A stretch of 64,000 nt of DNA from positions 91,202,001 through 91,266,000 of the forward strand of contig NC_043001.1 in assembly GCF_006345805.1 (NCBI RefSeq), written 5' to 3'. A model generated the notes under the pieces. The model was given only the letters and a program-made list of their open reading frames with translations. It did not search any database and was not told where the DNA came from. Shown piece by piece: positions 13,161 through 27,232 of the stretch (positions are counted from its first letter, which is position 1; every line of letters starts with the position of its first letter). A program made the translations under genes and the position numbers. Source of the DNA: Octopus sinensis. Taxonomy: Eukaryota.

Positions 13161-14247
13161 CCCCTTCGTTACTATATTTCTGACCAAAATACACCCCTTA
13201 TGTGTTTCAATTAATTTCTAATATAATCATAAATTTAGTCTGGTTTCATTAAACAACTATGACTTTTTTATTTATCAATATATTAATGTGATTTTTGGAA
13301 GATAATTTAATGAAATGTTCTCAACCAATTCTATACTATAATTTTTGTCACAAAGTGACTCTAATTGCAGGTAGATACAGGTAAATTCAACAAAATATAA
13401 GATTATTAAAATTTTGTTCAAACATCGCTATAGAAAATGGGTTATTAGCTAATATTCAATTGGGTATACAACAAAATTTTACGATAGAATTTGTTATTCT
13501 GGGTAACTTTCTGATACCCATAATAATATTTATGGCAAAATAGTCTTAATTTCATTTAAGGTTGTGGGAGACCACTAACTATCCTTTCTTTCGCTTTGTT
13601 TACATTTAGCGTAATGGTTCGTTTCCGCCGTAATGATTTCAAATAGGCTCATTCGAAAAAGTAAAAAGAAATAGTCTAAGGCTTTACTCTCCTGGGAAAG
13701 TCTGTGGCTTGGTCCAGTTTCTTCAGAAAAATCACCGAAAGAAACAGTTTTTAAATTTTCACTCCATTCAGGTGCCAATTTATTTTCTTTATCGCTGTTG
13801 GAGCTCTCAGATTCACTGTTTTCACTTTTGGAAAATGAAACATCAGATTCATTATCAAATACCACGTGCTTTTTTTTTTCAGTCATAGAGTTAGATTTAT
13901 CAAGGTCTTCAGTAGAAAATCCTTCGAATTCTGACTCACTGCTTGATATAATGAAATTCCTATTCATATTTTGTCAGAATTACAAATTTTGGAAACACAA
14001 TAGAAACAAATTTCGGAAAAAAATCTCCCAAAATTCACGGAATTAAAATTACACTTCGATCGTTGTACAAAACTGTAGATGAACTGTTTACGAAGTATAA
14101 TCACATGTTTTCACGAATGTACTAAAGAGATTTACTCTGATATTCTCATTTAAATATGTATAGGTAAATACGGGCGGGTTTGTGCAGCTTGGTCACATTA
14201 ACCAAAATTTTTTTCGGGCGGCTTTGGGCGGTTTGGTAACGAAAGGG
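13161..14247 (-). mobile_element. Internally deleted piggyBac transposon with a transposase N-terminal remnant
   Basis: TTAA TSDs (13157-13160, 14248-14251); TIR CCCYTTCGTTAC; ORF 13575-13967 has an acidic N-terminus and GP...LDYFFLLF...IITAETNHYA; after the stop it continues WSPTTLNEIK...IMGIRKLP. Confidence 0.9.
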
Positions 14248-15469
14248 TTAAGGCAGTGATTTGGTGTTCTACTGACTTAGCAAACTTAACTTACTCATGA
14301 GATGGTAAATTATGAAAAATTTTATTGGAGACAGCGGGATTTTATTAAATTTTGCCCTTCAGCTGTTGCGTGGTACACTGAGTTATATACACAAATTGGT
14401 ATAGGGACAGCAATGTAATTTGTTATGTGTTGAATATTTGTGTCGCATGGGCTTAGGAAGTTTGTTTTGCAGGCATGTGATTTAGGGCATGCTGTGACTG
14501 TGAACAAGCACCTTGAACAAGTATTTTCTATGGTAACCCAGGGCCTGTGTGTGCATATGTGCACGTATATATATCATGATCATGCACAGTGTAGTCCTAG
14601 GTCGATTGTATCCTGTCAAAGTATCCAACCCATGGAACATTAACATTAAATAATGATGATGATTGTGTGCATAAGTGTGTGTGTTTATGTATTTGCATAC
14701 ATTTGTGTCTACAAAAGTTACTCACTCCAAGTGATGTTGCTTGTCATTTTTCTATCAATAAATCATCTGTTTGCTTTGTGCCCTTGAAGACGTGTGAAAT
14801 AAATGATCCCTTAATTGTGAACAGGTTAGGGTTAGAGACAAGAAGGGCATCCAGCTATAAAAACGATGCCACAATAATATAAATTTCTAACCCATTCTAG
14901 CATGGAAAAACAGATGTAGAAATGAACACTGAACCTTCTTTCTCCTGAGTGGTAGAGTTATCAATGCCCTAATTCAAATTAATTACTAAAATGCTTATCA
15001 GCTTACTGGTTTTAGGAAAAATAAAACTGATGCCACTCTTACAAATATTTGTCACATATTTCACCTGTTATCCTTTTGTAAGTGTCTTATATGGAACAAA
15101 TACTAAGATGGACTGGCATTATACTCTTTCAACTTGTATTTACTTAATTGTCTAAATAATTACGTACTAAGTTTATTTAACTTACCATTCACAAATCCTT
15201 AAGTGACAATTCTATTATTATTATTATTAAAAAATTGTTTTCAATATAAAGCAACAACATTACAAATATAATTGTACGTAATTAATAAGATTCAGTGCAA
15301 TCTATCATGTATGATATATAATTTTTCTTAGAAGCACACCTTTCTGGAGCTTGTGCTTTTGTTTATCTTTCCACAAAATATTAACCCAGATCAGTTCAAA
15401 ATAAATCTTAACTATCATTTCATCTAAATCACAATTCTCTTTTAATCTAAAAAAAATAGTCAATCTAAA

Positions 15470-15739
15470 ACGGTCAAGTCAAAAAACTCCTGGACTTGTT
15501 ATTTTTAATAAAAAAATTACTTATTTACTCTTTTACTTGTTTCTGTCATTTGACTGTGGCCATGCTGGAGCACCGTCTTTAGTCGAGCAAATAGAGCCCA
15601 GGACTTATTCCTTGTAAGCCTAGTACTTATTCTATCGGTCTCTTTTGCCAAACCAGGAAAGTTACGGGGCCGTAAACACACCACCATCGGTTGTCAAGCG
15701 ATGTTGGGGAGGACAAACACAGACACACAAACAAACACA

Positions 15740-15771
<32 letters not shown>

Positions 15772-16830
15772 TACATATATATATATATTATATATATATA
15801 TATATATATACATACGACCGGCTTCTTTCAGTTTCTGTATACCAAATCCACTCACAAGGCTTTGGTCGGCCCGAGGCTATAGTAGAAGACACTTGCCCAA
15901 GGTGCCACACAGTGGGACTGAACCCGAAACCATGTAGTTCGTAAGCAAGCTACTTACCACACAACCACTCCTACGCCTAGCTACTTACCACACAGTCACT
16001 CCTTCCTAAGTTTTAACATAGTTTCCTTTGAAATAGTCACCTTGTGTAGCAATACACTGGTCCCAGCATTCCTGTCACTTTTGGAATCCAGCCCAGAAGT
16101 AATTTTCCATAAGCAAGTTGAGGACCTTCTACAATTTGCTCTTGATCTCAACAATGGTATTAAAACAGCAACCTTCGAGCTGCATTTTCATCTTGGGGGA
16201 TGAGATCGAAGTCTGCAGGTGCTAAATCTGGCAAATAGGGTGGGTGCAAAAGTGATACTATGTTGTTTTTGGCAAGAAGCTCACAAGTGAGGTGAGCTTA
16301 GTGATAGGATACATTCGTGAAGAATCCAATTCTTTGTGCTCCATAGATCTGGTCGCTTTCACCAAATGTCCTCCCTGAAATGCTTCAAAGCATCATTAAT
16401 TGTCCTCCAATGGTCCTCATACACAAGCTGATGAATTTTCTTCGCATATCTGGGGGTAATGCTTGTGGCAAGTCTTCCAGATCACTCATCGTTTTCCAGG
16501 ACATTCTTCTCCTTTTGAAGTGCCTGTGTTGCTTGAAACATTGCATACGATCCATTGCCTCATTACCATAAGCTTGCTGAAGCATGTTCAATGTCTTTGT
16601 AGCAGACTTGCCAAGTTTAATACAAAATTTTACATGGGTTCTTTGTACCTGTCCTTGACAAGAATTGCAGACTCCAGCCAACACGTGATTATAAAAACAC
16701 AACTTTTACAATTTGCGAAGTAAACACTGTGATGTCACTCAACACACTGCCTCATGAAGGTCACTGCTAGGTCTCACTGCACATGTAACCATATCTGTTG
16801 GCGTGCTACAGAAACTTGCCTGGGAATAGT
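15470..16830 (-). mobile_element. Decayed mariner transposon interrupted by a SINE
   Basis: QRTHVKFCIKLGKSATKTLNMLQQAYGNEAM (mariner HTH) and HPPYLPDLAPADF (YSPDLAPxD-like motif, ~16210-16247). Confidence 0.85.
15528..15980 (-). mobile_element. SINE family 1, full length
   Basis: Complete head, central (CA)/(TA) microsatellite and tail. Confidence 0.85.
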
Positions 16831-17309
16831 CATTGGTATAGATTTCTGTGCAGTTCATGATACTCATAAATAAATGGCAGTTAGGCAACAATTGTCGTCA
16901 TTATTGAGTTGCTAAGATCTTGATGAATTGTTTATAACCTACTTTTAATTCCTAGTTGCAATCGTTTCCTTAGTATGTTAATGACTTCCTTGAAGAAATA
17001 TTATGACTGTTGTATTTTCCTATCTTCTGAAAATATTCATGGCTTCAGGCTGGTATAAGCAATCTTCAATGTTGTTGTCATCATCATCATCACCAACAAT
17101 AACAACGAGGTGGTGGTGAGCTGGCAGAATTGTTGGAATATTTCTTCCAGCTATTAATATTCTGAGTTCAAATCTTGGCATGGTCAGCTTTATTTTTCAT
17201 CTTTTGAAGACCATAAAATAAAGTTCTAACCGAGTACTGGGGTTGATGTAGTTGACTTACTCGCTCTCCTCAAAACTGCTGACCTTGTGCCAAAATTATT
17301 ATTATTGAG

Positions 17310-17790
17310 TGAGAGCACAGTGCATGCCATCAAAGTGACACTGGGGTAAAATATACAATGCCTAGTATACTCATCATAACTACCTGTCTGATAAGGGTAC
17401 ACTAGGCACAAACATCACAATCATATGTGCACAACATGGTGATCTCATATCAAGATAAACAGTGCATGACCTTGCAGGTGGGGCCCAGTTAGAATTTTCT
17501 TCAGGTCAAGTAGCCCATCCTGCTCAAAAGGTCCCTGGATAAGGGTTGTTTAAGGATGTTGGATGAAACACCCATGTTTCCAATGGTGTATTATCCAAAG
17601 AATTCCTCTCAACACATGGCTATGATGCTCCCCCACTACTGCTCATGATCAGAGATGCACATATCATCAGTCACCAAAGAACATGCTCAGTTGGTTGCGG
17701 TCAAACAACTGACAAGCAAATCTGAGGCATTGAGCAGAATATTTGCTGTAGCCCATCTTTTATACCAAGACAAAAGAATGTACATGATAA
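17310..17790. repeat. Unclassified interspersed repeat
   Basis: An inverted partial copy lies at ~25215-25400; flanked by (ATT)n. Confidence 0.55.
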
Positions 17791-18098
17791 CTTATTATTA
17801 TTATTAAAAATAGTAAGATTGGTAGAATTGTTAGCATTCTGGGCTAGATGCATAGTGACATTTCATCCATCCTTATGTTCTGAGTTCAAATTTCACCAAG
17901 GTGAGCTTTGCCTTTCATCCTTTCCATGGCCAATAAAATAAGTACCAGTTGAACACTGAGGTCAATGTAATCAATGCACCCCCTCCCCCGAACTTGCTAG
18001 CCATGTGCCAAAATTTGAGACCATTATTATTATTATTGTTGTTGTTATTGATTTTAGTTATAATGGTTGTTTTTTCATTTCTGTTTCTTAAATTTCAG

Positions 18099-18251
18099 GT
18101 GAAAGTCATGCACAAGCAACTTCTTTTGTTCCACAATGCGGTGTCGGCATACTTCAGTGGGAATGAGACAGCTTTGGATGCAACATTGAAGCAGTTCAAC
18201 ATTAAATTGAAAACAGCCAATTCTTCAAAGCCATCTTGGATTGAACAGTAG
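18099..18251 (+). CDS. ARFIP2: Arfaptin terminal coding exon
   Basis: tttcAG acceptor; [38 protein letters not shown]...PSWIEQ-stop, the conserved arfaptin C-terminus. Confidence 0.95.
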   Translation: MKVMHKQLLLFHNAVSAYFSGNETALDATLKQFNIKLKTANSSKPSWIEQ

Positions 18252-21200
18252 TCAACTTCATTTTGTGACTTTGAGGAACCATGCACCTTGCAGGCCAAAG
18301 CACCTACATACGAATATACACAGAGATGTTCTTAGAATTACTTACACACACACACATATGCACTCACACAAACACACAAACATACACACTATTATGTACA
18401 TTGAAAATTGATGTTGAACAGATGTGCACTCTACCAGCTAAAGTGAAAATTTTTGGAGCCCATGTACATGCATGCCAACACAAACCTTCAGAGATGGATG
18501 GTAAGAACAAATCAGCACTAATAAAAGGTGCCTGTTGTCTATTCCAGTACATGACACATCCGCTTGTGTACACTCTTACTTACCAACACATATAGAAAAC
18601 TGCCTTTGTGGAGAATAATTTTTACTACTTTTATATTGGTATTTACTAGATAAGTCTTTATTCCAAAATTAAGTCTATTATTCAAAACTGAGTTGCTTTC
18701 ATGATGAAATTTTGTCTGTGATATCAGACATTATAAGATATTTGAAATAGAGAAGTGCGACAGATCCATTGATAGGGAAGCAAACCACATATAGTTTTCT
18801 TGCCAGGTGACCTTATTATTTGTTCTATAACAGATCCTGCCATTCCATCTTCTCAAATTAAACAATATAATTTATTTCTGTTATTTTGACAGTACTACTT
18901 TATTTCACCAAGATATTTCATTAACTATTTGCTGCAAACTTAGTGGCTGTTCTACTAGTATCTTCTATCATTGAGAGGTATCCAACCCCAGTTAAATGTT
19001 TTTTTACAACGAAAAACAACACCTGAAGGTTAGAACTTGGATAGGATCTCACAATGGTGGGTATTAATAAAATTGCCTATCCTGCAAGCTTGCATACACA
19101 TTTGTATATGTTTGCTTGCATGTGTGTGCACATGCAAGCACACACACACTCTTCCCTGCCCTCTCTCTCTCTCCACTCACAACAACAGTTCTTGTACTCA
19201 GACAACATTATTTCTGTATGTTATCTCTTTATAACAGTTCTCATGAATTCAATAGATGTTGCCCGATATAATTTCATTTCTCATTACTATGTTTGTAATG
19301 GGCTAGAAGGTTTTCTAAAGTATTATAGTAATGAAGGTTTTCTACAGCATTATAATAATGGCAATATATATCCTGTGAGTTGTAGTGTATTGCCATATTG
19401 TTAGGGAGTTAGATGCACAGTTGCTTGAAACACTAGGAAGATGTATCAGTGTTTTATTTTTTCTTTCTTTGTCATAAATTTCTTGTTACATGTCATATCA
19501 TCGGTTGGTTTGTAAGTAGTATGTGTACAAGTATGGCATATCTGCACAGTATGCAGAATTACAATGGGTTCAGTGTTATCACATGGACAGTATTGTTTGT
19601 GCAGTTAGCAGTAACCAGAATAAAGGTCTTTGCTTCTCTGTTCATCATGAAAAGCCAGTCCATTGTTCAGAACCTTTGAGATTTGGCAACATGAACACAA
19701 GCTGTATGGATCCCACTTTCATTTGGCCTGCTTGCCTTGTTTAACTCTTTACTTGGGGAGAACCAAATTAAAAAAAAAAAATATATATATATATAAAACA
19801 TAAAAAATATACTTCTATGGATTGAGCTGGATTTTCCCTGCACCATTTTACCCTACCCCTATAAATCCTCTTTATACTCCACTCTTTGGCCTTCTATTGG
19901 GAAAGGTCATCAGTAATTTAAAAGAAAATATTGGAAATCCTTCTATATTTCTCTGTAAATATTCATCCTTCCCCTGCCACCGCCACCACTATGTTGAACT
20001 TTCATTTAAGACTGTATTAAGCTGATATTCCAATTTTCTTTCTTTCTTTTCTTTGCTCACTTTGGTTTTTTTTTCTTCTTTTTTGATCACTTCATCTTCC
20101 ACCAAAGTGGAACTTTTGTTTTCTTCCAATTATCTAAGCATTAATTTTTACATTTACTTTATTTTCCTTTTTTTTTCATCACACATACTTTTGTGAGGGG
20201 ACAGAAATTAGTTTATTATTATAGGATTAAAATGACTTTCCATGTTGTTTATTATTACATTTTAGTAATTAATCAATTTAGATTGTTTCATTACATTACC
20301 AATCGTCATATACTTACAATTTATATTTGATTCTAGCTCTCTCTCACCTTTTTTTTAATTAATTATATGACTTTCAATTATTAATTTTGGTTTTTAAATT
20401 ATGTAAATTGCATTTTATTTATTATTTTTTTTCTTCTGGAGTATGAAAAAAATACCAAATAAAAAAAGGAACATCTTGTACAATCCTTGTAATTATAAGT
20501 CCTACAACAATGTCATTACTAACAACAGCAGCATCAACAATTTACAACACAATAAAAACTTGATGTATCTGTTATTTGTCTCCAGAGCAAATGCTATGGT
20601 ATCCTTAAAAAAAAAGTTATCTTATTCTTAAAAAAAAGTTAATAGTCTTTTTTTATAAGTGTTTTTTTATTTTTGAGTGTATTTTCTTTATTCTCTTAAC
20701 TATTGAAAGAGAGCAAACGAAAAAAAAAAGTTGCCCTCATGAAGTCTCATTGCCAAAATAGGTCTCTGGACATCTTTAAACTCAGAGATAAAAACAATAT
20801 TTTTCTTTTATAATTTGAGATCTACTTTTGTAAGAAATTTCTATTTGCTGCATGAAATATTTAACTGTTACCTTTATAGTAACTATAAACTGAGGATCCA
20901 ATAGTAACAAGTGATTGGTAGTCAATTTAAGAATATCGAATGTACAGTTGTTAGAGGGTAAACTTAAAGATTCGGCATTCAGTATACAAATAGGTTTGTT
21001 CGGTAAGGAGCTAGTGTAAAAAAACAATACTTATACTAGCGATACTTTTTTCTTTTATTTACAGCTAAATTTTGGTTAGTAACACAAATCCAACGACATT
21101 CACATATGATGTGCATAATCACTCATGTTCTCATAATTACATGTACATAGCATAATTTTACATGAATACTTATGAATACATACATGTTTGCCAGCAAAGT

Positions 21201-21327
21201 AGTGCTCATGAATATGATCCATAGACATGCCAGTATATATTTTCCTAAATGTATGTACACATACACACTCTCAATTTCTTTCACAAAATGTCTTTGGCCA
21301 GAATAATTTATGCTCATACCTATCTCG

Positions 21328-21388
<61 letters not shown>

Positions 21389-23340
21389 CTGTGATGGGTT
21401 TTGTTTATTTCAACAGGTATCTAAGATTTGTTGAAAATCTGGGTTTTAACTTGAACTTAAATACTAAGGGAAAATTTTATTATTCTTTCTAAATTATAAA
21501 TACATATCTATAACTATATTTATATATATATATAATATATATATATATATATTATATATATATATATATAAAAGGCATACACACACTAAAGAGTGTGTAT
21601 ATATACACATGAATATATTTTAAATTCATCTCTTGTCAGTATTTTTAAAAATTAGTTGGTTGATTACATATAATTTTGTAAGAGGGGGAAAATGATTGGT
21701 AATTGATGAGTATGAATATGATTTAAAGAGACATTTATAGAATGTGAGAAAAGGTCCTCAGCTATGAATCGGGGTCTTGAATTGGGTACTGAACAAGAAT
21801 CACATAGAAACGATTGTTGTCTTTTTTTTTAGGGACTTTATTGTTAGAAATATTGTTTTATTGACATTCAAAATAACCCGGTTCCCATTCTCTTGAAAAT
21901 AGTTTCTTTTCAATGAATATCTGTATAAAAATATTTGTATGTTAGTGTGTGTGGATGCATTTGTTACGCTTATGTACATATGTTTATGTATTTATAAGTC
22001 GCATACATCTTTGCATATCATATTTTTCAAACATCTTTTGTTTTTTAAAAAAATATTATAGTTTCTTGAAGGGTTTTTTTCTCTAAGACTAATATTTCAG
22101 TTTCCATCTAGATAAGAGTATTTGCTGCAGTTATTACAAAAGAGGGAAAAACAAAGAAGCTGTTAAAAGACGTATGATGTATTCTCTAATGACCTGAACA
22201 CTCTCAAGCATTATATTGTCTTTTGTTGAGGGACATAACTCTGCTTGCCTCAGTTTACCTCACTGACAACATGCTCCACCTATTCTCAAATTTCATAATG
22301 AAGATGTTAGAACTAGGAAGGACATCCATTAAAAAAAATGTTCTAACAATAAACATTCCACTCATGCTAGCATTGCAAACAATGGATGTAACAAACAATT
22401 GTTTCATCAATGATGATAGTTAAGTCATTGGTGAATTTTCTCTTTCTTATTTTTATATCTCTTCTTCCTTTCCCTTCTGCATTTCCTAACAAAAACTTTG
22501 CCACTGACTGCAGCATTTTCAAGAACCTATTCCTGGAAGCCCAGCTTTCAGCTTGGCAATTGAACTGCATATATGACAGATCTGTTACTAGTGGAAATTT
22601 GTTAATGCTTTGCAAATTCTGGAAGACAAGCATTTGTGCCTCTATCTGTAGTGCTTCTGTTTAAATGCAAGTTTATGTCATCTACTGCTGTTTCACTTAA
22701 CACCCTGCAGATTCATTATTGATATTAAACTGCAAGCATTTCAGATTGTTCAAACAGGAAGCAGTCTCCACCAGCTTTTTGCCATAACCATCACCTTATC
22801 TTAGTGCCTAAGTGTTTGGCTGTGGAGATGCACATGCTGTGTATTATGTTACCAGAACATTTACATTGCATTTGTCTAAAGTTTAATATAGTGAACAAGG
22901 TCTACTCTTTCTCCAGGGTATATAGTTGTTGATACCAGCACTAGGTATCTGCCCATGCTTAAACATAGTGATTCAACTTGAGTGGTAGGGGATCTATATA
23001 CCTAAGTGACATAGAGAGAAGCCATAAATTGGCCCAAGGAGCACACTAGAGTAGTGGAGGGAAAGGAAGGTGTTGTCTTATTCCTGTTAGATGGTTAATC
23101 CACTTTCTATCAATACAGACATACACACACACACACACACATACACATAACTCTTTTAATTCATAAAATATTGTTGCGTCTATCAGCCTGAAACAATTTG
23201 TCCTTGAAGTTCAAAGTCTTAGGAGAAACCAGACTATGAAAAATATTCTTCTCTCTCTCTCTCTCTCTCTCTCCATAAAGGAATCATTGCAGAAAATAAT
23301 TGAAAGTATTAAAATAAAAATATTCGTTTATCTTGAGAAT
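18252..23340 (+). other. Putative long 3' UTR of arfaptin
   Basis: No SINE recognised over 5 kb; AATAAA at 23313-23318 followed by a T/GT-rich tract; further upstream AATAAA hexamers. Confidence 0.5.
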
Positions 23341-23785
23341 TGCTTATTTATTTATTTGTTGTTGTGTGGTGGATGAATAATTAAAGGACTGAAACAGTGT
23401 AATGGGTTCAAGTGTAGCTCTTTGAATCCTCAGTTAAAACACTTCATCTGCCTCATTCAAGTTAATCGGGTATATAACACTGCAATAAAAAACAATATAG
23501 CTATCATGCTAAAACTGTTGATAAATCAGATTATGAATGTTGAAAATGTTGCTAGTGAGATTACTCAAACCCATGTTTAGGCAAGATTAATAATTTCTGT
23601 GACTTTTTTTAATATATATATAATGTCATGATGTGATGTTCTCATTTATTTTTCAAATTTCTCACCAAAAGAGGAAGAGCCAGGATCTAATTCAATGACA
23701 AGGCCTTTTCAGAATTTGGAGAATATCAACTAGGTATTTGTTCATGTATACCTATACCTATATATATATATATATATATATATAT

Positions 23786-24170
23786 CATCATCATTTAACG
23801 TCCGCTTTCCATGCTAGCATGGGTTGGACAATTTGACTGAGGTCTGGCGAACCAGACTCCAATCTGATCTGGCAGTTTCTACAGCTGGATGCCCTTCCTA
23901 ACGCCAACCACTCCAAGAGTGTAGTGGGTGTTTTTATATGCCATCGGCATGAGGGCCAGTTTGGTGGTACTGGCAACGTGCTCAAATGGTGCTTTTTACG
24001 TGCTACTTGCGCAGGAGCCAGTCCAGCAGCACTGGCGACGACCTTGCTCAAATATTTCACGTGCCACCAGCACAAATGCTAGTAAGGCGACACGATAACC
24101 ATCACGCTCAAATGGTGTGCTTAAACGTGCCATCGGCACGAAGGCCAACTTGTTGCTCTGGCAACGATCT
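23786..24170 (-). mobile_element. SINE family 3 with internal tandem subrepeats
   Basis: (CAT)n tail; repeated gctcaaatggtg...cgtgcca units. Confidence 0.7.
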
Positions 24171-24182
24171 ATATAATAAATA

Positions 24183-24213
<31 letters not shown>

Positions 24214-24424
24214 ATAGAAAATGGATTGAATAACTTGCATAACACTATTTCAATATCAATTCACCAGTAGTAATTCAATAAATATTACAAAATTCCAAAT
24301 GTCTAACCAATGATATGATCAACCTTGCTGTATGATAATATTTGTTAGCCAATATCCGTACATGAGCTTTGTAAAGCAAACTACAAATTTTAGATTTAAA
24401 TCAAACATATATATATGCACACAT

Positions 24425-24720
24425 TTTATTTATTTATGCGCCTTTTTCAAGCCTAGCCAGGCTCATGGGCCTGGTTTTCCGGTTTCTATGGCATATGTGT
24501 TCCCCCAACTGGACGGGATGCCAGTCCATCGCAGCGTTACTCAAGAAACGGGAAGAATGAATGAGAGAAAGTTGTGGGTTAAAGAGTACAACAGGGGTCG
24601 CCACCACCCCTTGCCAGAGCCTCGTGGGGCTTTAGGTGTTTACGCTCGGTCTGCAGATCGAAACCGTGATCCTCTGACCGTGAGTCTGCTGCCCTAACCA
24701 CTGGGCCATTGCACCTCCAC
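24425..24720 (-). mobile_element. tRNA-derived SINE with a V-domain-like segment
   Basis: Minus strand: tggcccagtggttagggcagc A-box-like head, gcgatggactggcatcccgtccag segment, (TAAA)n tail. Confidence 0.6.
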
Positions 24721-24859
24721 ATATGCACACATATGTATATGGATGTATGTATACTTATATGCAAGTATGGATGACATTGCATCTGTAGATCTGTATGTTT
24801 TACACTTATACATGTGTACATATACATATATCTGCATGTCTACATGTGTCTGTATATAT

Positions 24860-26760
24860 ACTTATAATATGCTAAGCTTCTGACATGTTTTACATATTTT
24901 CACACTTATTTCAATGGCCAGTAGGTGTAATTTTCTAATTAGCAGTGTCCTATATGGTTTCTTATGTGCAGGCTAGCTTCTGAAAATTGGTACTAAAGCA
25001 GTTTGTTACAGATCCAACTACCCTAATAATTACACTGTATCACAATTTCTTTTTTCTGACCTGGTCAGTAAGTGTTATTTCCTATTTGCTTCTATATAGA
25101 AATCAAAGGAAATGACAACTATTCCCTTCAGACTTTACTTTTGGCGACTTGGAGATAAATGTTTCAAAACTGACTGACTTTCCATTACATTTCCAATAGA
25201 TTCAACAGTGAGTTGCTGAGACAGAAATATTGTTATAGCAAACATTCTGCTCAAAACCACAGATTTGCTCGTCAGTTGCTTGACAATAACAACTTGAGCA
25301 TGTCCCTTAGTGGTTGACAGTATGTGCATCTTTGATCACGAGCAGAAGTAGTGGGGGAGCATCACAGCCATGTTTTGAAAGGGATTCTTTGGGGTTTGAA
25401 TAAATGCAACAAAAGCAGTTTGAAGGAAATAACCATTTTTCATACTTTCTAGAGGTAAGCAAATAAGAAGTAACACTTGCTATCCAAGGACAAAAATTAC
25501 ATTACATAGTGTTTAGGTGTAAATCGAAAGCTATTGTCTGGGTAGAGTAACTGCATATTTCTCATCAGATGTTTTCTTTTTTTCCATCTCACCTTATGTT
25601 AATAATCTCTGCTGGGCGGCTGATTTCTATTGTATTGTACAATTTTTTAACTCTGTCTCAAATCATTGTGTTTGATCTGTTATATTTGCATTTCATTGAG
25701 GTCTTGGCAGGAACATTTCACTAGTATACTTTCATATATTATTGAATATATTACATCTCTGTAACTTGTGTTTTTATCATCAAGATTATCCTTTGCATTG
25801 TATATACTACAATGTTTTCTCCTTGACATCATGCTTTATAGGTAGTATATGATATTTTTGGATAGCTGATTATCATGTGGGTGTCATCCTTGGTGGCAAT
25901 ATTACAGAGTTTGCATTGGTTGTCACATCTAGATTGTTTATTTGCATTAGGTATTTCTTGTTGCTGTATTTCAAAATCTCAGTAAAGTGAGAGCTAAATA
26001 CTGGTTGTTGGTTCAAGAAAGAACTTCTTTGGATAGCTATGTTGCTGTCATTTTGAAAGCTTTCTGGCCACTTTGTCATGCACGAAATTCTGCTAATATG
26101 TATACAGTTTTTTATCAGATGACCTACAGTTGTATGAGTTCTCTTTGGATGTATCCCTGATCACCAGTCAGTGGATATTTTTCAAGGGTCTCCTTTCCAA
26201 CTCATGTTATATTTCTCATGTATGCAGACTTGATCCATAGCTGTGCTTTAACACTTAGTGGTTAATAGATGTTAAAGGGATATGATGTGGCATTTGAAGG
26301 TTGTTTGGATCAATGTTAAGCCCTTGCCATCCTGTGTTTCATTTTAGATCTGTATCATTATTGGAAATATATGGAAATTTCTGTTGTTGGTTAACAGTTT
26401 GTGGCTTTTAACGTATACTATCTGGATCTCATCTAACATCCAATTGAGCAGCCCAGATGTTATGAGCTCTGGTACAGCAAACACATTGTGAGTTTTTGGA
26501 GAAAGTTTTGAAGACCTTATGTTATAATTCAAGTGTTACAATCCTTGGTTACACATTGCATGTTATACATTCCACTGTGAATTATGTTTTCACCCATCCC
26601 TAAGTACCTGGAACATTCCCCATAAGATATCACTGAAATAGTCAGGGCATTGATAATGTCATTAAATTGGCTTGTAGTTCTTCCTTGTTTTACAGCCATG
26701 TTGAAACATTTATCCTAGCCAATCTCCATCCCTGGATCCTTTGAGGATATTGTTTCACGG
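24860..26760 (-). mobile_element. Decayed RLE-type (R4/Dong-like) non-LTR retrotransposon fragment
   Basis: Minus-strand DNQCKLCNIATKDDTH zinc-knuckle remnant followed by KHDV; a related 3' fragment lies at ~26870-27790. Confidence 0.5.
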
Positions 26761-27232
26761 CTGGATAGATGCATTTCTTCTGGTTTTGTTTTTCAGATTT
26801 TTCAGCAAAGGAGGAAAAATTAGCTTTTAAGTTAGAAACAAGGTTCTTTCATTGGAATTTAGACATCAACTGGGTAGTTGTGTATATATGCATGTACATA
26901 TGTATGTGCACATCTGCATATATAAACCTCTGTTTTGATGTATCTATGTGTACACATATTCCGTGTGTAAACACTTATTACGTGCTAAACTTCTGGAATG
27001 TTTTTTATATTTTCACGTTTCTATTAATTACTTATTGCTGTAATATCCTAATTATCAATGTCCTCTCTGGTTGTGCAACCTAACTTCTCAAGATTGGAAC
27101 TGAGACAGTTAATTACATAACCAACTTCACTAATAATTATAGGTATGAATTTATAGCTATTGTCCAGCTAGAATACTAGCAGATTGTTCATTAGTTTTGT
27201 ACAGATGTTTCATTTTGCACTAATCTTTCACA

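Noticed and set aside
22223-22664. Short ORFs inside the putative arfaptin 3' UTR
   Set aside because: No recognisable motifs or supporting splice structure.
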